Shown here in pieces: positions 56,456-64,000 of a stretch of 64,000 nt of DNA. The notes beneath the pieces are model-generated. The model made no database searches. It was not told the DNA's origin and saw only the letters and a list, made by a program, of their open reading frames with translations. The DNA comes from Flectonema sp. DT1601 (taxonomy: Eukaryota). The translations under genes and the position numbers were made by a program. The DNA lies in NCBI GenBank assembly GCA_964019425.1, contig OZ025782.1:744001-808000 (forward strand), written 5' to 3'. Position 1 is the first letter of the stretch, and each line of letters opens with the position of its first letter.

Positions 56456-57343
56456 ATGGTTGGCGTCGATGTCTGGATGCAACACCCAACTGAGAAATTT
56501 ATTACTCAGCCATTCTTTGCTTCACTGAACAGATGGAATAGAAATCAAGACATTTCAGTTCAGAAGGCGATGATGAAGATGGCTATTGATGTTAAGACAA
56601 CTGTAAAGATGCTTGACGCGGCTGACTTAGAACTCGGTATTATCAGCGCTTGGCACGGTGCTTGTGGAGAACTCATTAGCAACGATGAAGTAGCAGAGTT
56701 TGTAAAGCAGAGTAATGGTCGATTTGTAGGTACTGGAACAGTTGATATTACAAAACCAGTTGAAGCAGTTCAAGAAATCCGTCGCTGTATTAATGTATTG
56801 GACTTTCACGCCATCAGAGTTCTTCCATGGTTGTGGGAGAAACCACCGACTGACAGACTATTCTATCCAGTCTATGCAGCATGTGCTGAATTAGGTGTTC
56901 CTCTTTGTCTTCAAGTTGGTCACACAGGACCATTAAAGCCATCAGAGGTTGGACGTCCTATTCCTTACATTGATCAGGTTGCAATTGATTTCCCAACTTT
57001 GACTATCGTTGGTGGTCATATTGGATATCCATGGACTGATGAGATGATTGCTGTTTGTACTAAACATGAGAATGTTTATATCGATACTTCTGCTTACACT
57101 GTTAAGAGATATCCTCAAGTACTGGTAGACTACATGGTGACTAAGTCTGGAAGACATAAAGTGTTGTTTGGATCAAACTACCCAATGATATTTCCTGATA
57201 GGTGTCTTAAGAACTTAGATGAAAGAATCTATTCAAAACTTGACAAGAAAGATGCCGCAGAATGTAAAGAGCTTTTCCTCAAAGGAAACGCCACTCGTAT
57301 TTTCAAGCTGATGCGTAAGTTCAAGACTGCTGGAAAATTATAG
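56456..57343 (+). CDS. Amidohydrolase_2 family metal-dependent TIM-barrel hydrolase
   Basis: VDVWMQHP, YPVYAACAELGVPLCLQVGH, VAIDFPTLTIVGGHIGYPW, NVYIDTSA, KVLFGSNYP, GNATRIF. Confidence 0.9.
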   Translation: MVGVDVWMQHPTEKFITQPFFASLNRWNRNQDISVQKAMMKMAIDVKTTVKMLDAADLELGIISAWHGACGELISNDEVAEFVKQSNGRFVGTGTVDITKPVEAVQEIRRCINVLDFHAIRVLPWLWEKPPTDRLFYPVYAACAELGVPLCLQVGHTGPLKPSEVGRPIPYIDQVAIDFPTLTIVGGHIGYPWTDEMIAVCTKHENVYIDTSAYTVKRYPQVLVDYMVTKSGRHKVLFGSNYPMIFPDRCLKNLDERIYSKLDKKDAAECKELFLKGNATRIFKLMRKFKTAGKL

Positions 57344-58541
57344 TTTTTTTTATTTTTTTTATACCAATTTTAGTTTTCTTTTTTTTAACATACTTTCCTC
57401 TTCTTTTCTTCTGAGGAACAAAAAACAAAACAAAAAAAAAATTTTTATATCGCGCTTTTTTTTTTAAAAAATATTTTTATTCTTTTTTTTTCCATTCTTT
57501 TTAAAAGATTGTTGGAGTAGGAAAACCACCTCTCACAGCAGTCCAAAATATGTATTCAGTTCTCCTTAGTTTCGATTTGGGAGCAAATTATTGTTTACTT
57601 TCTTATGCGATTAACGTTTAACTTTCTTTTTGTATAAAATAATCCCATGTGCTCTCTCTGACTGTCAAAGCTTCGAGGATGAACACCTCCTTAGAGCCTC
57701 CGTTTTCTATTCCTTCCTCTGTCCAATTCGCTGTTTGCTTAAAAGATGACATAGCTGTGCAATTGTCTGAAATTTTGGCCCTACCAGTCGATACGTCGAT
57801 CGTTTTTGAGTTTGGCCCAGCTCAGTAGTAGTTGTGCAATATAATTGAGAACTTCCTTACAGTCGTATCGTTTTCTTAAAGAATCATCCCGTCAGTAATG
57901 TAGTGAAGGTGAAAAAGCTGCCCTTCACAGTCAATGATGTGTTGTTGTATTATCCGGCACTGGTACACCCACTTATCGTCTTCTAACTCTTAATCTACCC
58001 TCCCATGCGTGAAATTTTCCCCTTTTCTTAAAATATTTGCCTCTCACGTCTAAATATGAGAAGCGACTCAAATCTTTTTTTTTTTTTTTGGAACATTTTT
58101 ATTCTATAAACAAAAAAAAAAAAAAAAGACAAGGTGGGTTCAGTTTATTTTGATATACAAAAAGCACAAAAAAAAGAAAGGGAAGAAAACTACCCACGCG
58201 ATTTTTTTTTTTTTTTTTTTTTTCATTTTCCCCCGAAGTATTAATTGTGAGAGAAGAAAATTTATTTCTGAATTTCAAGTAAAGTGAGCAAATATATAAT
58301 CACCTTCAGGGTGACTGGTAAACATTATATTATGCTATTCGATTCGAGATTCAATTTGTGTTCACAACTATAATTTTTTTTTTTTTTTTTCGTTATTTTT
58401 TTTCCAAATAGTCCATCATTGGTCATTAATTGGTATTTGGATTTTGGTAGCTAATTAATTATTTTATTTTTGATATCTTAAAATTATTAATTAAAGCAGG
58501 ACTGCAACACCCCCCCCCTCCCTCTCTCCCTCCCTATCAAA

Positions 58542-59694
58542 ATGGTTGTTGCATCTGTCCCATCAAGAATGTTGGATGGAATTGATAAGCCGTCATCTAG
58601 GATTGTATTTGGCTGTCTGTTTCTACACACAACAGAGAATCCCTACGAACTTCTAGACGAAGCCTGGAAAAGAGGAGTCAACACATATGACTGCGCTGCG
58701 ATATACGGAGGAGGACAGTGTGAAGTAATTCTAGGAAAATGGATCTCTGAAAGAGGCTACCAAGACAAAGCTGTTGTAATCACAAAAGGTGGTTGTGGAG
58801 GACAAGACACTCTCTGGGCTCCAAAATTAGATGAAAATTCAATCAGAAAAGATCTAACAGAATCATTAAAAAGACTCAGACTATCATCAGTTGACATGTA
58901 TATGTTACACCGTGATGATCCAACAGTTCCTGCTGGTTCAATTGTTAAGATGATGAATAATATTATGTCTGAGGGATCATTTAAGTCTTGGGCTGTTTCT
59001 AACTGGACTCCAACACGAATTCAACAGGCCATCGAATTCTCAGATGAACACAACTTGTCCGCACCCAACTGCAGTAGTATTCAACTTTCACTAGCCCAAC
59101 CCTCCCACGAAGTCTGGCCAGGCACTGAATACATGCGAGACTACGCCTGTACTAAATTCTATAAAAAATACAAAGTACCAGTTCTCGCATGGGAGTGCCT
59201 CGCAAAGGGATTTCTTGTTAAAGATCCATCAATTCATGATAAAGAACTACTCAGAACGAGGACTGAATCACACAAAGAATTATCACCTGAGAATGGCCCT
59301 GAATGGAGAGAATTCAAACTCCGCTCTGCTTACGTTACGACTGAAAATATTGAACGATGCCGTAGAGCCCGCCAACTGGCTGATCAACTTGGAGTATCTA
59401 CTGCTGTTGTTGCTCTCGCTTGGATACTTTGTCAGGTATGTTATCGAAATAAGGTTTATTCAGAATAGGATGAGGGGAAAGAAGGACAAAAAAAAAAAAA
59501 AAAAAAAACAGTCTTACACAACCTTCGCACTTGTAGGAACTACAAAACGCAATCACTTGCTGCAAGCATTAGAAGCTGCCTCAGTAAGTCTGACACCAAG
59601 TCAATGTAGTTGGCTTTCTTCAGGAGTACTTGAGGAGGGTTCAACAGAAGAAAGTGAAGAGTTTCATGAAGAGGAGTGCCATTCAAGCTCTTGA
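58542..59694 (+). CDS. Aldo/keto reductase; exons 58542-59435 and 59512-59694
   Basis: Catalytic D/Y/K/H pattern (YDCAAIYG, ITKG, SLKRL...DMYMLHRDD), VSNW. Intron 59436-59511 joins ALAWILCQ to SYTTFALVGT. Confidence 0.92.
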
Positions 59695-59989
59695 AGTCTT
59701 TTTAAATGGCGACTCCTATTTCTGAGTACTCTTACTAAGTAAATAAGGAAAGCCTACCTGGGTAATAACAACGTAAGGAAAAAGAAACGTTCACAAAAAT
59801 TCTTCATTAAGTCATTTGGTTATATATATTTTTTTTAGATCTGTATCTCTCCCAACCCTCGCACCGATCGAAAAAAGTTTTAAAAAAAAAATAAATAAAA
59901 TGAAAAATCAGCAATCTCTCTTTTACTTGTGTTTGTTATATTTGATTAAAGGCGGATTAATAACCGTCTGATATGTCATTTGTGTACCA

Positions 59990-60180
59990 ACACGATTAGG
60001 ACATCGTTATGATATTTATATCCCTTCCTTACACAGGATGAGGAGTTGGAGGTTACTTTCCTTTTTTTGAATATCACACGACTGGAGTTGGCGGACATTT
60101 TTTATTTTTTCGTTGCGCGAGCACACGATTAGGATTTCGTGTCGATTTTCTTATCCCTTCCTTTCTCGGATGTGGAGTTT
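59990..60180 (+). repeat. Diverged intergenic direct repeat, two ~60-nt copies 133 nt apart
   Basis: acacgattagga...tatcccttcctt...ggatgNggagtt at 59990 and 60123. Confidence 0.75.
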
Positions 60181-61942
60181 GCTACCATCTATTTGGTCCT
60201 TTTTGTTATCAAATATCCTGAAATGAGTTCTATCCGAAGGAGGGAAAACATCATCTCAATGTGATGAAAAAACCTTATGGTTCAATTGAGATGCGAGATA
60301 AGTTTAAACGAAATAAATAATAGCAAGTCTGCAATTATGTGAGCACTAAGATTCTTACCTGTACCTGCATTAGTTACCTTTTAGTTTTGAATTCCTTATA
60401 GATTGCAAACTTTTGCGCCCTGCCTACCTTATAGTTTGTCACCAAATCAAACTTCATAAAAACGGTTTATTATTGTCAAATAAAGTTACCAATAAAATGT
60501 GAACCATGTCTGCCCTTCTGTTTCGCCTGAGTATTCCCTAACAATGTGTTGGAGACCGTTCTGTTGTAACAGTGAGAGGCCATTGGTTGTTATTTCTCTT
60601 TTTCTGGTTATGAACGTCGGTGAGTAACTTAAACTCACTTTTAAGTTTCTAACACGTGAGAAGTGTTCGCACCGATTGGACTGATCAGAGACAACGACAG
60701 TCACTAATCTGACAGTCTTTTGTGAGAAAGAACAAAAAAAAAAAAAAAAATAAAAAGAAACGAAACGAAACGAAACGAAAAGAAGAAAATTCTGCACTTT
60801 AAAAAAAAAAAAAAATTTGTTATCTTTTGTTTCTTTTCGACTGACACACCCGCCATTTTTTTTTTTTTTCTTTCCTTTTCTTTTTTTTTTCCTTTTCTTC
60901 GATAGACGATATGACGAGTAAAAGTAATCAATCAGAACCCATAACTTCATTGAAAGAGGTAGTAGCACCCTCCTTGGGTACCGCCATATTGGATATTTAT
61001 TTGTTGTTTGTTTTTGAAGATATTGTAGATGACGTTGACCTAGAACCCGATAAAATTCTACTTCTTCAAAACGTGCACAAACACATCTGATAGTTTCCAT
61101 TAAGTAGGTTGCCTATTACCTACCTTCAGTGAATGTCCAAACCCCACATAAAAAAAATTATTAAAAAAAAAGAAAACAAAAGAACAAAGTTGCTTTGTTC
61201 TCTTAGTTATCCGTAACGATCGATCTTACTCTTTTTCTAATCCGTTCGAATCTTCTTCAGGTTCTGACAATTTAATTGTCTGTTTTATTTTATTTTTTGA
61301 AAGGGAGGGGGAAAAAAAAAAAAAAAAAAAAAAAATCGACGTTTATTTTGTGTGTATTTTTGCAATGTGAGAATAATAAGCGAAAGAATAACAATTGCAG
61401 GAAAAAGTTGGGTGAGGGTGCTCTTTTTCGGGTTTTTGGAAATCTAACCAGCCAAGGCCACATCGGATCGCTTTTAAGGTGTTGAATTTGGAAACATCGA
61501 ACATCATCTTTAAGTGATTAATAAAAACTACTTTGACTTTTATTTATCCTAACACACTTCTTTTAAGCACTCAAACCCAGGTACGGCTTTTTTTTTCTTA
61601 AAAAAAAAAGTAACTGCAGTTGCTCTTATGAGCTTATTTATTCATAATGCCCTTTTTTTCTTTTTCTTCCCCTTTATTTGTTGGTTCTTTGTGTATCGAA
61701 TTGTCATTACAAAAAAAAAAAAAAAAAAAACGAAATAATTTGAAAAAGAACACTGCAAACCCGGTATTCCTATTTGCCAATTTGCCCTACGATAAGTCGA
61801 ACAAAGAAGACTAGTGTGCAATTGCAAGGATATTACAAAGTTTCATTTTTACTCTCGGGATACTTTTTATCATTATCAGTTATGTTGATCTAAGGGGTGG
61901 TTTATCGTGGCTTTTTTCTTCTTCTCCCAATAAACTTTACGT

Positions 61943-61982
<40 letters not shown>

Positions 61983-62413
61983 TAAAAGCATTTTTTTTCC
62001 GGAACCTACTGCATCTTATGTGACGGCGACACGGTGAACTTTTTACGTTTTTCTCGCAGAAGATCGCAACTACGTTAATCATAAGTGCATCGGATCCTGG
62101 TTAGCCGTTATGGTTGAGGGTTCTTCTCTCTGCTCTCACAAGTTGAAAGAGCAAAGGAGAGGATTAGAAGTAAGTGATTATCCCTGCCGTGCGAGTACGT
62201 TACCCAACTTGAGACACTCAGTAGTCTTCTTTGTTTAAGGTAACACAATTCAAAGCGTTTTTAACACGTTGTTAAGTTGCTTTGTCAACTTTATAACATG
62301 ACAGATTGCAACTATGTTGGGTGTCACTGTTGTCTTGCGATAAGTTTTTTTTAGTGATTTCTAAACCGTAATTATCTATTTTTTACAGTAATAGATCATC
62401 AGAGGAATTAAAT

Positions 62414-64000
62414 ATGTGGCGGTCGGCATACCTGCTGATGTGCACAGCCACCGCCTCTGCTGCTGACTTCCGATTGTATGGAGCCAACACCGACGCAGGT
62501 CGTGTAGAAGTCCTTTATAACGAAACCTGGGGGAATATATGTTATGGAGAACACTGGGGTATGAGTCAGGCTAATGCTATTTGCAGGAATATTGGTTTTG
62601 CAAAGGCCATGGCTGCTGGGAAATGGGTTGCTGGTGGGATCAAGGAACAATTATTTTGGGTTGGTGAGAATGAAAAGGAGTGTGAGGATGTCAACTGTCT
62701 TACTGAGAATTGGCCACCACCAGAAGAAGGTTACAATTGTGATCACGCTGCGTTCGTTGCGTGTGTCAGCACAGGATCAGAACCACCAGCGGTATCGGGA
62801 GAGATTAGTATAAAGTATGGACAAAATGCGAGAGCTTCAAGAAATGAAACTCTTACAAAAAGATCTCAATGCACAAAACAATCAGAAGTATCATCTTGTT
62901 GGTATTCTGACATCCCAAACCCATTCGAGGACATGCACTCTGCCTTCGTCTACGACATCTCCGCAGACGCTAATGTAGTCATGCAGAATGTTTATAAAGA
63001 AATTTGTACGAATGAAACTGCTCGAGAAGTTCTCTACGAACTGTTCAAAAACAAACAACTAACTGCTAACGCCGTTGGTATCAACTTGAACAGAAGTCTG
63101 TTGGAAGGTTCTGACAGATGGGCTCGTCAGAGTACGATGGATATCACAAAACTATTTGTAGAAACAAATGAACATCACGACTTGCATTGGGACATTGACG
63201 AGTCTCAAAGACATAGTGAGCCTCCTCAAGACACTCTCAGTAAGGATTTACGTGATAATGGAATAGCGATGGTTGAAGACTACGGTATCCCAGATACTGA
63301 TATTGATAAAATCATGAATCTCGCGAATGAATTAATGTCTCCTCCGATCGATGAAAACCTCACCTCATCCGTGAGTGGCGGTGCTATAATGACTTCTCGA
63401 GTTCAGTTGCCTGCTATTGAGAAGTTGCTTCAGAACTCTTCAATCATTGACGCCGTCAGCAGCTATCTTGGTGATGATGTCACACTAAATGGTTATAAGA
63501 TTACTCGCCTTTCTAATAATCTTCAAGAAGGAAATCAATACATTGCAGGTAAGTGGCATCATGACCGTGTAGGACGTCGTATAAAAATGTTTATATTTCT
63601 TCATGACATCGACTGTGAAGAAGGTCGTCCAACATTAGTTGCTCAGAATACCAACAATATTTTATTTTATAAAACTGAATCATTCCCTCACTCGAGGTTT
63701 AACGATGATTGGGTTAGATCTAATTATAACATAACTAAGGCATGTGGTAAGAAGGGAGGTGGGTTCTTATTCGATACTCACACCATCCATAAAGGAACAG
63801 AGTTTGGAGCATTAGAAAGAACGACTGTGATTATTGAGTTCCATAACACAGTGAAATGTCCTTTCGTAACAGAAAACAACTTTGGATTACCATGTCCATC
63901 AGGGGATTCATTTATGGTAAGTAAAAGATTACAAGAGAGATTCTTACTACCGGATGGTACTTATGAAACAGCAACGAGACATTCTATTGCTGCGGAACCA
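62414..64000 (+). CDS. Secreted SRCR-domain + PhyH-like Fe(II)/2-oxoglutarate dioxygenase (3'-truncated; absent from ORF track)
   Basis: Manual translation from ATG 62414 is open to the window end. Signal peptide MWRSAYLLMCTATASA; SRCR-like AGRVEVLYNETWGNICYGEHWGMSQANAICRNIGF; later GKWHHDRVGRRIKMFIFLHDID...GGGFLFDTHTIHKG...ERTTVIIEF (HxD...H...R). Confidence 0.82.
   Translation, partial: MWRSAYLLMCTATASAADFRLYGANTDAGRVEVLYNETWGNICYGEHWGMSQANAICRNIGFAKAMAAGKWVAGGIKEQLFWVGENEKECEDVNCLTENWPPPEEGYNCDHAAFVACVSTGSEPPAVSGEISIKYGQNARASRNETLTKRSQCTKQSEVSSCWYSDIPNPFEDMHSAFVYDISADANVVMQNVYKEICTNETAREVLYELFKNKQLTANAVGINLNRSLLEGSDRWARQSTMDITKLFVETNEHHDLHWDIDESQRHSEPPQDTLSKDLRDNGIAMVEDYGIPDTDIDKIMNLANELMSPPIDENLTSSVSGGAIMTSRVQLPAIEKLLQNSSIIDAVSSYLGDDVTLNGYKITRLSNNLQEGNQYIAGKWHHDRVGRRIKMFIFLHDIDCEEGRPTLVAQNTNNILFYKTESFPHSRFNDDWVRSNYNITKACGKKGGGFLFDTHTIHKGTEFGALERTTVIIEFHNTVKCPFVTENNFGLPCPSGDSFMVSKRLQERFLLPDGTYETATRHSIAAEP

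Noticed and set aside
50886..61255. T-loop-like gttcga motifs at ~50890 and ~61245
   Set aside because: No T-stem or cloverleaf can be built, so no tRNA is called.

Overview
This is AT-rich eukaryotic DNA, not prokaryotic. All about 23 supportable protein-coding genes lie on the + strand, closely spaced, usually with a YAG acceptor-like site shortly before the ATG and only a few short GT-AG introns. This fits a polycistronic, SL trans-spliced directional gene cluster of a euglenozoan; a diplonemid is my best inference, not proven. In order, the window holds a Cys-rich type I membrane protein (5'-truncated), a MAPK, a MIT-CbbX/SpoVK AAA-SAM protein, a coiled-coil protein, a macrodomain protein, TMEM184/OST-alpha, Ecdysoneless/SGT1, ABCB7/Atm1, a TBC RabGAP, dynein p28, kinesin-14, three near-identical 79-aa genes, a CEP290-like protein, an ArsC-ArsM fusion, a docking-domain/IQ/paladin-like protein, a mucin-like membrane protein, a second coiled-coil protein, an amidohydrolase, an aldo-keto reductase, and a 3'-truncated secreted SRCR + Fe(II)/2OG dioxygenase that the ORF track missed. 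The standout is a single-chain arsenate reductase-arsenite methyltransferase with an N-terminal mitochondrial-type presequence, a second presequence-like linker between the two enzymes, and a missing resolving Cys. All calls come from motif recognition by eye; no searches were run.
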